Shown here: piece by piece, positions 15,855 to 25,458 of the stretch
Numbering within the stretch: position 1 is the stretch's first letter
How the letters are laid out: every line of letters begins with the position of its first letter
Assembly: GCA_965219535.1 (NCBI GenBank)
Contig: CBDCNV010000001.1
Span: forward strand, 270,001 to 302,000
Direction: 5' to 3'
DNA: 32,000 nucleotides
DNA from: Opitutales bacterium
GTDB lineage: Bacteria; Verrucomicrobiota; Verrucomicrobiia; Opitutales; PNEW01
Translations under genes and position numbers: made by a program
The notes under the pieces: model-generated
The model's input: only the letters and a program-made list of their open reading frames with translations
Database searches by the model: none
Told to the model about the DNA's origin: nothing

Positions 15855-16328
15855 TCAGTCAGTATGTTCAGGTTCAACCCAATTTTTTTTCTCATCTTCC
15901 GAGGTCGATACAGGTGTCTTTACACCATCAATGATGACATCAACTTTAGCGACATCTTTATTTGTCATTTTACTGACTTGGTCGCGCACTGAAGTTTGAA
16001 TTTCATAAGCGGTCCTGGCGAGCTCGATTCCAAAAGAGAGAATGACACGAATCATGATTTCGTAGTGACCATTTTCATTTTCATCGACCCGAATCCCAGC
16101 TCCCGAATCTTTTTTTGAGAACATTCCCGCGAGTTCATCGACAAAGCCACCGGCAACCATGACGACACCCGGAACTTCAAGAGCGGCAAGTTTTACGATA
16201 CTTGCAATCACGGTATGGTTTATTTTAATTTCACCCATCGAGGACGACTCTTCATTAATTGTGGGAATATCACGAATCTCTACCGGTTTTTCCAATTCAT
16301 TATTATTCTTAATTTTTTTCTTACTCAT
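15855..16328 (-). CDS. Asp23/Gls24 (DUF322) family envelope-stress protein
   Basis: 157 aa. INHTVIASIVKLAALEVPGVVMVAGG ... YEIMIRVILSFG ... VDVIIDGV is the typical Asp23 family pattern. Starts 5 nt after the accC stop. Confidence 0.8.
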   Translation of the reverse strand: MSKKKIKNNNELEKPVEIRDIPTINEESSSMGEIKINHTVIASIVKLAALEVPGVVMVAGGFVDELAGMFSKKDSGAGIRVDENENGHYEIMIRVILSFGIELARTAYEIQTSVRDQVSKMTNKDVAKVDVIIDGVKTPVSTSEDEKKNWVEPEHTD

Positions 16329-16333
16329 TGGTC

Positions 16334-17710
16334 CTAATGGGTTTTATTGTTAAAAAAGTCTTTGGGTTTACCGTTGAGGAACTCATCGATGAAATTGGTA
16401 GTAGCACCCACTCGACGAAATACGGGATCATTAACTACTGCCATATTGAAAGGGATGGTAGTTTTTACACCGCGAATAATATATTCGCTAAGCGCGCGAT
16501 GCATCCGGTCGAGAGCTAGATCGCGTGTTCGCCCAGTGGTGATAAGTTTACCAATCATACTGTCATAATCAGGAGGGATAAAATAACCGCCATAGATGTG
16601 AGTGTCAACTCGCACTCCGTGACCGCCAGGTTGGTAATAAAGGGTAATTTCACCGGGACTGGGCGCAAAATTGCGATCCGGATCTTCTGCACAAATTCTG
16701 CTTTCGATGGCATGTCGATTGATTTTAATGTCCCGTTGATCAAATGCCAGGGGTTCGCCTGCGGCAATCAGGATTTGCTCTTTTATCAAGTCTATTCCCG
16801 TGACTTCTTCCGTGACCCCATGTTCAACCTGGATGCGAGTATTCATTTCGATAAAGTAATAATTACCGTCTTTATCGACAAGAAATTCGATCGTCCCCGC
16901 GTTTACATAATCGCAGGCTTCAGCCGCGCGGACAGCATAACGGCCCATCTTTTTACGCAGATCGGGTGTGAGAAAAGGAGAGGGTGCTTCCTCAATCAGT
17001 TTTTGATACCTCCTTTGAACCGAGCAGTCACGTTCTCCCAGATGTAAGGTCTTTCCTTGTTTATCGGCAATGACCTGAAACTCGATATGTCTTGGATTAG
17101 ATATATACTTTTCGACGTAAACAGCACCATTATCAAAGGCTTTCTCGGCTTCTAACTGGGCAGTATCAAATTCCTTGGAGAAAGTCATAGCGTTATGCGC
17201 TAAGCGCATACCTTTTCCGCCACCGCCAGCGACAGCTTTTATAATTACGGGAAAACCAATTTTTTGGGCAACCTTAAGAGCCTCCGCTTTGGATTCGAGA
17301 GTCCCTTCACTTCCAGGGATTACTGGAATACGAGACTTTCTGATCGTATAGCGGGCAATAGATTTATCACCCATCTTACGTATGACATCGGATGGGGGTC
17401 CGATAAAATTAATATTACAGCTTTCACATTGTTCCGCAAATTCCGCTTTTTCCGCAAGGAAACCATAACCCGGGTGAATAGCGTCTACATCGGCAATTTC
17501 TGCCGCGCTGATTATACGGTCAGATTTAAGATAACTCTCCGCACTTTTAGCGGGCCCGATACAAATGGCACCATCTGCCAACTGTACATGTAAAGATTGT
17601 TCATCAGCCTCAGAATAAACTGCAACCGTTTTAATGCCGAGCTCTTTGCACGCACGAATAATTCGCAGTGCAATCTCGCCGCGATTAGCGATGAGAATTT
17701 TTTCAAACAT
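16334..17710 (-). CDS. accC: Acetyl-CoA carboxylase, biotin carboxylase subunit
   Basis: 458 aa. [26 protein letters not shown]..., an ATP-grasp region with GGGGKGMR, and [10 protein letters not shown]. Confidence 0.95.
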   Translation of the reverse strand: MFEKILIANRGEIALRIIRACKELGIKTVAVYSEADEQSLHVQLADGAICIGPAKSAESYLKSDRIISAAEIADVDAIHPGYGFLAEKAEFAEQCESCNINFIGPPSDVIRKMGDKSIARYTIRKSRIPVIPGSEGTLESKAEALKVAQKIGFPVIIKAVAGGGGKGMRLAHNAMTFSKEFDTAQLEAEKAFDNGAVYVEKYISNPRHIEFQVIADKQGKTLHLGERDCSVQRRYQKLIEEAPSPFLTPDLRKKMGRYAVRAAEACDYVNAGTIEFLVDKDGNYYFIEMNTRIQVEHGVTEEVTGIDLIKEQILIAAGEPLAFDQRDIKINRHAIESRICAEDPDRNFAPSPGEITLYYQPGGHGVRVDTHIYGGYFIPPDYDSMIGKLITTGRTRDLALDRMHRALSEYIIRGVKTTIPFNMAVVNDPVFRRVGATTNFIDEFLNGKPKDFFNNKTH

Positions 17711-17720
17711 GATTTAATAC

Positions 17721-18197
17721 TCAGGCTTTTTTTAATTTAAAAATTGGCTGTCCGTAATCAACAGTCGCTCCATTTTCCACGAGTATCTCAACAATCTTTC
17801 CCTCCATCTCCGCCTGAATTTCATTCATCACCTTCATCGTTTCGACAATACACACTACTGTTTCAGTATTCACTTCAGCTCCTACCTCGATAAAGGGTGG
17901 ACTATCTGGAGTGGGTGAACGATAGAATGTTCCCACCATCGGTGAATTTATAGAGGCAAGGGTTTTATCTTCTTGAGGTTCTGAAATTTCTTGAGGGTGC
18001 CGAGGATCGACTGCTTCTTGTCCCCACGGAGGGAAGGTCGCGGGGAAAGGCGAGTGAGTAGCGGTAGTAAAGATCTGAGGGGTGTCGCCATTCTTGCGGC
18101 GAATACGAATCTTCAATCCCTCTTCTTCGACCTCAAATTCAGTGAGATCAGATCTTTTCATTAATTCTACAATTTGTTTTATAAGTTTAAAGTCCAA
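17721..18197 (-). CDS. accB: Acetyl-CoA carboxylase, biotin carboxyl carrier protein
   Basis: 158 aa. Pro-rich linker. Biotinyl domain with a VETMKVMNEI (MKM-type) attachment motif. Lies upstream of accC. Confidence 0.9.
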   Translation of the reverse strand: MDFKLIKQIVELMKRSDLTEFEVEEEGLKIRIRRKNGDTPQIFTTATHSPFPATFPPWGQEAVDPRHPQEISEPQEDKTLASINSPMVGTFYRSPTPDSPPFIEVGAEVNTETVVCIVETMKVMNEIQAEMEGKIVEILVENGATVDYGQPIFKLKKA

Positions 18198-18402
18198 GGC
18201 TTGTGTTCGTTTAATTTAATCGATGGATAGATTTAAAAAGTTGGGGATTAGAAAGAATTTAGCCTTTTGAGGCAATCACTTAATTTTTAATCAGTTTTAG
18301 TGTGCAAACTATATAAAAAATCGAAACACAAACTCAAAAGCTATTGCTTAAACCAGTAGTGTTGCTGCCCGTGCTGAGAAGTGTAATAAATATTCAGATC
18401 CT

Positions 18403-21186
18403 TCACTGAGGTAATTCTACCCCATCAAGCTGGTAGAGCGGTGTGGGTTCTTCAAGCGCTTTTCGTGGATCAAGTGCAAATCGCCATTGAGGTTCTGCGA
18501 GGGTGCCTCGTAATCGTAATTGTAGAGCCTGGCCGAGGGGGAAAAAAGGGATACCGATGATATTAATGAAAGGATTTTCTTTATTTTCCAGATAAGAAAC
18601 AAAAACGCGAAAATCGAGATCTTTATTTGGCAAAATGATATTGCCGTCTGCACGGACGATGCTATAAGGTCCGGTAAAGGTTATTTTTGGGAAATGAATT
18701 AGTTTTCGATCGAGGATAAAATCACCGCCGGCTGTTTCAAGACCAAGCGGGGTAAATCCCAAAATAGTGCTTCCAAATAGACGGGAGAGAAGTCCAACAA
18801 TTTTAAATTTCCCCAGTTCAGCTTTAGTAATACTGAACCAACCCTCACCTTCGAAACTGAGTAGATCTCCCGGAACTCCTACCGCGTTAAGATAGACATC
18901 GAGTTTGCCCGTGACTAAATCGCTGAGGTAATTTTTATTACCATTTATTTGAGACTTTAAATACTTCTCTTTATAACCAGTCGTTTCCAGGAAAGGCAAA
19001 TAGAGTGCATCTTTTAGGAGGAGATCGAATTCAATTCTCGGCCCCTCTTTTGTTTTTCGGAAATGCATATTTCCAGAACCTCGACCTCCTCCAATGCCGA
19101 AATCCATGTTATTGATATCGAGGAAATCATCAGTTAGATGCCCCTGAAATGTCATATCGTCAAAAGGATATCCATAAATGGAATGAGGTTGCGTTGCTAC
19201 AGCGTCGAAAGTGATGTCACGTTTAAGCAGTTCATTCTTACCCTGAAGGTGACGCATACCGAAATAGTGTATTCTAGGCGCCGAGCTAAAGCTGAAATTG
19301 TCCATAATCGCAGCGACATCTTTCCCGAGAAGAGGGCTCAGTTCAGGAATTGAGAAGTGCGTCTCAATGTCGAAATGATAAGTTCTTGTTTTTAAGAGAT
19401 CGAGGGCAAAAAACATATCTATGGATCCAGCGGCGTTCCCTTCATTGCGTTTGGATTCTATATTAAACATTCGCACGTAGCCGGGGTATGCCCAGATATT
19501 GGCGCTACCGCTCTGCAATAGAAGTCCTTTGTATTCTAAATTTTCAGCTTTTAGCTCACCGTAGAACTGACGTTTCAATTTATCATTCCAATAACCACGA
19601 TAGTCCATGTCTGTGTACATATACTCTTCGTGAAATTTGTATTTAATCCACATCTCGGGCCACCAGGGCTGCATCACGCTGTTAAAATCAGAGGGGAGAA
19701 TGGTCCCGTTGAGGAGCATCCGAAAATCGCTCTCGATAAGATTTTGTTTATAGGACCCCGAGATTCGATACTCATTGTTTTCAAGAACAGCATTGTCGAT
19801 GAAAAGGTAAGGGGGAAAAAATGATCCATCGGCAGTTATTCGATCAATCGCTATGTCTCTAAAAGTGAGCTGGGAGGCATCCAGGGTGTAATCCAGATGA
19901 TCGAGCTTAAACCCTTCATTCAGTACAGCCTTGATCCCAATACGAGGAGGTTCATTAAAAGATAGATCTTTTATCAGTGATGATTCATTTAACAGGGGGT
20001 GAAGTGTAAGGTCATCTATATTGATCCAAGAGTTGATATCTAAGTTTGAAGTCTTTTTCTCGATATCAACGGTTCCGCTAACCTTTAACGGGGCTCCGTT
20101 CAGGTGGGTTAGAACATTACCGCTGACGAGGGGAAATTGTTGAGGATAAATGTCTGCCACGAGATTTTCAGTGAGAAGATCATCGTGCCAAACTTTATCT
20201 GCTGCCAGGAGTATTTCGTTAGGAATTTTAATCTGCTTGGGATGAAGTGAATTGAGATTAAACTTTGCTTTCAAATTCTCTGCCCGCGTCATATTCAACC
20301 AGGAAATTGAATCTGTTTCGACAGTAACCAGTCCACGAGGATCCAACTGGAAGTAATCGACATCGGTTATTTTTAACCGAATCTGTCCCAGTTGGATAAT
20401 ATCGTTAAAGTTAGCATGGCGCGCGATTAATTCGAGATCAGCGCTAGGCATACCCTTGTCATCAGTGTGCAGGGTAACGTTTAAAGTTGGCGATTTAAAT
20501 TCTCGAAAAATAGAGTTCAACATGATGATTTTACTGCACAGAAAATAATAGCGGTCCAAGATTAATTCAGGTAGTACAGTATTCTCTTCAAATAGCGGCA
20601 GAGGTTCAGTTGAATCCCATCTTTTTGGTGGCGGTTTCCAGCTGCCTTCCGCTTCCACTTGAAGATTGTGCAGATGATAATTTAATTGATTCATTTGCCA
20701 GCGAGATCCCTTCAGTTGCAGGTTGCAATTCAGTCTCTCGATGACGGGTTCATTCACTCCGCTGGCTGAATACAATGCCGGTAAATACAAGGTAGTATGG
20801 CTTAGTCGTAGCGTATTAATGTGAAGCTGACCAAGCATGAGCGAAGATAATTGAAAGCTGAAATGCGCAGCTTCGCTGCTGACTAAAAGTTCATCATTTT
20901 CGATCAGGGCTATTTTCAAATTGCGAACAAAGACTTTACCCGTGAGGTCGACATAAAACTCGCCGGTTTGGGAATAAACACCGATTTCAGCAAACTCACT
21001 TTCAATTTTCTTAAATAGAAAACGAGGAACGGGTAACTCACGGTTAAAATATGAGAAGACCAGAATTGCACACTGAATGAGAGCAATGATGATTAGTAGA
21101 TACGTAATACAAGACTGACAGACCTTCCAAGCGCCCGTGAGCCCGCCCTTCATCCGGGATTCGGCTTTTTCGCCAATCATTTTCAA
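18403..21186 (-). CDS. Large bitopic envelope protein, AsmA/TamB-like (function unknown)
   Basis: 927 aa. A single N-terminal hydrophobic helix (ITYLLIIIALIQCAILVFSYF) is followed by a long beta-rich region without catalytic motifs. The C-terminal ...LQLRLRGTLAEPQWRFALDP resembles the AsmA-family C-terminal motif, from memory. It is the last gene of the ABC operon. Confidence 0.45.
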   Translation of the reverse strand: MKMIGEKAESRMKGGLTGAWKVCQSCITYLLIIIALIQCAILVFSYFNRELPVPRFLFKKIESEFAEIGVYSQTGEFYVDLTGKVFVRNLKIALIENDELLVSSEAAHFSFQLSSLMLGQLHINTLRLSHTTLYLPALYSASGVNEPVIERLNCNLQLKGSRWQMNQLNYHLHNLQVEAEGSWKPPPKRWDSTEPLPLFEENTVLPELILDRYYFLCSKIIMLNSIFREFKSPTLNVTLHTDDKGMPSADLELIARHANFNDIIQLGQIRLKITDVDYFQLDPRGLVTVETDSISWLNMTRAENLKAKFNLNSLHPKQIKIPNEILLAADKVWHDDLLTENLVADIYPQQFPLVSGNVLTHLNGAPLKVSGTVDIEKKTSNLDINSWINIDDLTLHPLLNESSLIKDLSFNEPPRIGIKAVLNEGFKLDHLDYTLDASQLTFRDIAIDRITADGSFFPPYLFIDNAVLENNEYRISGSYKQNLIESDFRMLLNGTILPSDFNSVMQPWWPEMWIKYKFHEEYMYTDMDYRGYWNDKLKRQFYGELKAENLEYKGLLLQSGSANIWAYPGYVRMFNIESKRNEGNAAGSIDMFFALDLLKTRTYHFDIETHFSIPELSPLLGKDVAAIMDNFSFSSAPRIHYFGMRHLQGKNELLKRDITFDAVATQPHSIYGYPFDDMTFQGHLTDDFLDINNMDFGIGGGRGSGNMHFRKTKEGPRIEFDLLLKDALYLPFLETTGYKEKYLKSQINGNKNYLSDLVTGKLDVYLNAVGVPGDLLSFEGEGWFSITKAELGKFKIVGLLSRLFGSTILGFTPLGLETAGGDFILDRKLIHFPKITFTGPYSIVRADGNIILPNKDLDFRVFVSYLENKENPFINIIGIPFFPLGQALQLRLRGTLAEPQWRFALDPRKALEEPTPLYQLDGVELPQ

Positions 21187-21206
21187 CGGGTTCAGCTAAA
21201 TACCGG

Positions 21207-23174
21207 TTATTGTTTTTGCTCCTCCAAGGCCGGTTGTGGAGGAACAATAATTGACGAATCGGATGATTCCATAGGTGCGGTTTCACTCTCGCCCTGCTCA
21301 GTTGAAGGAGGAAGTGGCTCTTCGGCTAAACCTTTATCATCCGGGGATTTTTGTTCAAAGGTCAGTTCAAATAGTGAATCAATCAGATTTTGATTGATAG
21401 AAAAAACTACATCAGCATCGGGTGATCCACCAATTTGTGTTGTTCCACCTAAACGCTCACTGAAAGAAAAAGTGCGGTTCTGCATCCGATCTTCGTTGCC
21501 GCCCGGTAAATGGATTTCGACATCCAAACGAAATATCCATGGAAATTCCTTATCTCCCAGTTCAAATCGACTACTGAATTCGTTGCGTATATATTCCTTA
21601 ACTTCAAATTTTCTCACCGTATCTATTAACGCTAATATAGCTTTCTGTTTTTTCTCCGGGTATTCTTTGAGCACTGACGACCAGGATTCATTAGAAAGAT
21701 CGATTTCTTTATCGAAGATCATGGTTTCATTTACTGAATCAGTAAGGGAAATTCTTTGCACGCGCGCCCCTTGCGGCAACTCTTCAAGGACCCTTAAGCG
21801 ATAGTATAACGCCCGCGTTTTAAGCAGGTGGAGGATGTCTTTTTTAATCTTATAAATAGTGGGAGAATCAGTCATCTTGGCGAAGAGTAATTCTGATTCC
21901 GGATCCAGATCGCCTATGAGAAGAGTTGTTTTATCTTGAGTCTGGAGTACGACTCGGCGCTGTGGATCATTAAAACCATATTTTTCGAGATCCGCGGCGG
22001 AGGGTGCATCACTAATGAACTGAACAGCTTCCATTTCATGAAGTGCGCTGATAACTTCGTTCAGCAATTGAGGGTCCGCGGTCCAGGTTGAGAGATCACC
22101 TGTATTGTTTGACTGCAGGACCTGCCAGGTTCCGGTTTCAAGTTTTTGCAGTTCGACGGAAGTATTGGACATCACTATTTCAATCGAGGTGAGCGCCGAA
22201 GGATTGATATCGACAAAACTTTTATTCCTTAGACTTTCTTGAACATCACGCAGGTCATTAATGGGTGCGGCAGCGAGAGTAAAGACAGTCGGGTTGCCTT
22301 CCATTCTTGCGAAATAAATTTTTCGCTCATCTTCTGTCAGCTCTTCACCAACGAGAAGTGTCTGTCTTCGATTATTACCTTCCAGCGTAATACGCAGGGA
22401 AGGATTAGCTGAAATCTCCTGAGCGCGGTCGGTTTCTTGAAAATCGATTACCTTAAGTCCGGTCAGACGGTTGATCGTGTTCATAACGCGCTGGGAATCG
22501 GCTTCGGTTTGAATGGGCGATTCAAAAATCCAATTTTTGTCATTGCGGGTGAGGCGAACCTTGAGGTTACTCGGATCCGTAATCTGTATACTGATCGAGC
22601 GTACTTCAAAGAGGGGAATATCGAATATGTTTTGACTGCGCAGATTCTGAAGGTCGACGGTGATACTTTGAAGTAACTCGCGATTTACAACATAGACCTC
22701 TTCCTCAGCCGGGGAGAGAATGTAGAGGCGTTTACCAATTTCCGTCGATTCACCAATTTTCAGTTCCTTTTTCTTGTCGCCGTGACTGAGTGAGAGGATA
22801 GCTTTTGGGTCCTCTAAACCATAATCTGCCAGGCTCCTCCCCGCTTTTTTGATTTCACTAACAGAAAAACGAGTCTCCCATTCGAGAAATTTAAGCTGAT
22901 TTACCATCCGGCTCACGGCATAAATGTTTGCCGGCCAGTTTATCGGACTGTCGAGGAACCATTGATCCATTTTGCGTACCAAGACCCAATTTTGTGTCAG
23001 CTCCCGCCCTTCAATCTCGAGGCGATCGCTATCTTCTACAAATCCGGGTGGATATACTAATCGCTTAGCACGTTCAAATGCCCCAATCGTCGCAGCTTGC
23101 TTTTCAAGATAAAATATCAAGCTAAATAAGCCGAGATTGAGAATGACTAATAATATCGTAAATTTATACCGCAT
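21207..23174 (-). CDS. DUF4340-like membrane-anchored periplasmic protein
   Basis: 655 aa. N-terminal TM (FTILLVILNLGLFSLIFYL). W-x-L-x-x-P pattern (QWFLDSPINWPANIYAVSRMVNQL). Classic position immediately after a GldG-like gene. Acidic/Pro-rich C-terminal tail. Confidence 0.55.
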   Translation of the reverse strand: MRYKFTILLVILNLGLFSLIFYLEKQAATIGAFERAKRLVYPPGFVEDSDRLEIEGRELTQNWVLVRKMDQWFLDSPINWPANIYAVSRMVNQLKFLEWETRFSVSEIKKAGRSLADYGLEDPKAILSLSHGDKKKELKIGESTEIGKRLYILSPAEEEVYVVNRELLQSITVDLQNLRSQNIFDIPLFEVRSISIQITDPSNLKVRLTRNDKNWIFESPIQTEADSQRVMNTINRLTGLKVIDFQETDRAQEISANPSLRITLEGNNRRQTLLVGEELTEDERKIYFARMEGNPTVFTLAAAPINDLRDVQESLRNKSFVDINPSALTSIEIVMSNTSVELQKLETGTWQVLQSNNTGDLSTWTADPQLLNEVISALHEMEAVQFISDAPSAADLEKYGFNDPQRRVVLQTQDKTTLLIGDLDPESELLFAKMTDSPTIYKIKKDILHLLKTRALYYRLRVLEELPQGARVQRISLTDSVNETMIFDKEIDLSNESWSSVLKEYPEKKQKAILALIDTVRKFEVKEYIRNEFSSRFELGDKEFPWIFRLDVEIHLPGGNEDRMQNRTFSFSERLGGTTQIGGSPDADVVFSINQNLIDSLFELTFEQKSPDDKGLAEEPLPPSTEQGESETAPMESSDSSIIVPPQPALEEQKQ

Positions 23175-23213
23175 AAAACAAATAGGACTTCAATTAACGA
23201 TCCAGGTTCTGAA

Positions 23214-24689
23214 TTAATTTTTTCGAATCCAGTAAATCATTAATCCACAGATGGCGACCGCGCCCGGTAAACTCAAAAGCACGAGGCTGAGCTGAGTTAA
23301 TTCTTGTCTGCTGAGCAGGAGATGGAATTCTTCAATAGGTCTTGGTTGAATGGCGAGCAATTGTTCACGATCCAGGCACCAGTTGATAGTATTGAGGATA
23401 AGCATAATATTTCCAATCGATCCAATCCGATGATTGGAAATAATATCGGTATTGCCGAAGACCACCAAGCGTCCACCTTTAACATCGATACCCAAACTTG
23501 AGGATACTCTTTTTTCTGATATAGCGGCCAGACTTACTTGTCCTTTCAAGTCCACCTCGGGATTATATTTAAGATTCTGGTTATCGCGATATGAGCGTTC
23601 AGCCCAACTTTCTGGAGAACTGCTAATGAGCGGGGTTATGATAAGTCTATCGTCGACGGGGCGGTCGAGGTTGCGTCTTACGGGTCGACTCAAGCCCGCG
23701 ATCACGGGAATAGGATTATCGCGAAGGATATCAGTGATGGGGTGTCCAGCGAAGCGGCGAATGAGAAGATCGCCGCTTGCGGCTTGAAAATCTTCCCCCA
23801 TATCAAGGACCACCATGTCATCGGAAATTATTCCCCATTCGTAAAATAAATCACTTAAGCCATGTTCTATTGCCGGTTCAATTAAAACAATGAGTTTGCC
23901 GGCAGTTTCGGCCAGGTAATTGCGCAACTTTTCTACATCCTGGGGACGGTATGGACCTTGTGGAGAAGCTAAGATCAAGAGGTCTGCATCCTCAGGGATT
24001 TCTTCCGCGCGTGTAATATTTAAAGTCTCGAGTAAAATATTTCCCCACTTAAGTTTCTCAGCGATATTCGATAAACCGCGCAGAGGATCGACACTATCCA
24101 AATGCATTTCGCCATACCCGGAGATGAAGTATACTTTTTGCTGGTCGGTATTGGAAACATCGATCAATGCTGAGGTAAAGGCGCGTTCGCCTTTGAAAGC
24201 GGACATCTTGCCATTTTTCATTTCGATAATATCGGAGTAAATGAGTCGGTGTTGACGATCTTCACAAACCATTAACACCACATCTTGTTGATCTATACCA
24301 TAGGTGCGGGCGAGGTATTCGGCTCGTTTTCTTTCCTTAAGGACGTCGACGACTTCAATTTCAATTTTTTTCTTACCGCCAATGTTGCCCGCGTATTCAT
24401 ATTCTTTAAGCAAGTTTCGCACATGTTTAAAGACTTGCTTCATTTCACCATCGATGGCGTCGGGCGATAGGGTAACGATAATCTTAATCGGTTTGTCGAT
24501 TTGACGGATATAAGCAAGCGATTCCGGTGAAAGAGAATAAATATGGTCGCGGGTGAGATCAGAACGCCAGTAGAGATTATTGGCGAAATAGTTTAGACCT
24601 ATGATAAAGCTGATGCAGAGGCAAATTTGCACTAACTGGTTAATGCTCTTTATCCAGTTAACATATTTAAAATTTTCAACAGCGGCCAT
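23214..24689 (-). CDS. GldG-like ABC transporter auxiliary component
   Basis: 491 aa. N-terminal and C-terminal TM helices flank a large soluble domain. Lies directly downstream of an ABC-2 permease, as for gldF-gldG. Confidence 0.7.
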   Translation of the reverse strand: MAAVENFKYVNWIKSINQLVQICLCISFIIGLNYFANNLYWRSDLTRDHIYSLSPESLAYIRQIDKPIKIIVTLSPDAIDGEMKQVFKHVRNLLKEYEYAGNIGGKKKIEIEVVDVLKERKRAEYLARTYGIDQQDVVLMVCEDRQHRLIYSDIIEMKNGKMSAFKGERAFTSALIDVSNTDQQKVYFISGYGEMHLDSVDPLRGLSNIAEKLKWGNILLETLNITRAEEIPEDADLLILASPQGPYRPQDVEKLRNYLAETAGKLIVLIEPAIEHGLSDLFYEWGIISDDMVVLDMGEDFQAASGDLLIRRFAGHPITDILRDNPIPVIAGLSRPVRRNLDRPVDDRLIITPLISSSPESWAERSYRDNQNLKYNPEVDLKGQVSLAAISEKRVSSSLGIDVKGGRLVVFGNTDIISNHRIGSIGNIMLILNTINWCLDREQLLAIQPRPIEEFHLLLSRQELTQLSLVLLSLPGAVAICGLMIYWIRKN

Positions 24690-24702
24690 TAGGAAAGTGG
24701 AG

Positions 24703-25458
24703 TCAGACTTTGGATTCAGTGATGAGCACGGATATTCCGAGAACCAAAGTCGTGTAGCTGAAATAGAAAACTATATGCCTGGTGTCAATTACCCCGCGGC
24801 TGAAATCTTCAAGATGTTTAAAATTGTTAAAATACTCCAATGCTCCTTCTAACCATTCAAACCAACCGATGCTCTGGGTTTTAACCGCGGGCACACCTAA
24901 TATAATAATAAAAAGAATACTAAAACATAACATTCCTGCTACAAGCTGGCTACGCGTCAGGCTGCTGGAAAAAATTCCCACCGAAATAAACAACAGTCCG
25001 CTAATCGCCACAAAGATGTATCCACCTAATAAGGTTGCTGGATCAAGCAGCCTCACCGTCATCGCCGATGATCCAATCGTCAGATTTACGAGAAGAGGGA
25101 AACCGAGAGTGAGTAACCAAAGTAAACAGTAGAATAAATAAGCGGCGAGAAACTTACTAAAAATAATCTCCGTAGCCGTAACGGGTGTGGTCATGAGCGT
25201 CTCTAAAGTACCCATTCGCCGCTCTTCAGCTATACTCTTCATCGTCAAGAGTGGGACAATAAAAAAAACGGGAATCCAATAGAGTTGAAAAAAGTATTCA
25301 GAGGGAAGATTGTCGTGGGGTTGTAAGGTAAAATCGGCAAGGATAAGGATATAAATGAATCCCATGAGAAGGAGAAAAATGACACCGGTCACGTAAGTTG
25401 ATGGAGCGATAAATAGCGCTCGCAACTCATGTTTTAATAAGCAGGTAAAATGGTTCAT
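24703..25458 (-). CDS. ABC-2 family transporter permease (GldF-like)
   Basis: 251 aa with about 6 TM helices. Conserved loop SIAEERRMGTLETLMTTPV. ATGA overlap with the upstream ATPase gene. Confidence 0.8.
   Translation of the reverse strand: MNHFTCLLKHELRALFIAPSTYVTGVIFLLLMGFIYILILADFTLQPHDNLPSEYFFQLYWIPVFFIVPLLTMKSIAEERRMGTLETLMTTPVTATEIIFSKFLAAYLFYCLLWLLTLGFPLLVNLTIGSSAMTVRLLDPATLLGGYIFVAISGLLFISVGIFSSSLTRSQLVAGMLCFSILFIIILGVPAVKTQSIGWFEWLEGALEYFNNFKHLEDFSRGVIDTRHIVFYFSYTTLVLGISVLITESKV

Noticed and set aside
16598-17593. Antisense ORFs within accC (16598-17047, 17264-17593) and other 60-140 aa ORFs inside accC, the 927-aa gene, and the GldG-like and ABC genes
   Set aside because: All overlap well-supported genes on the opposite strand or in another frame and lack motifs. 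I treated them as noise.
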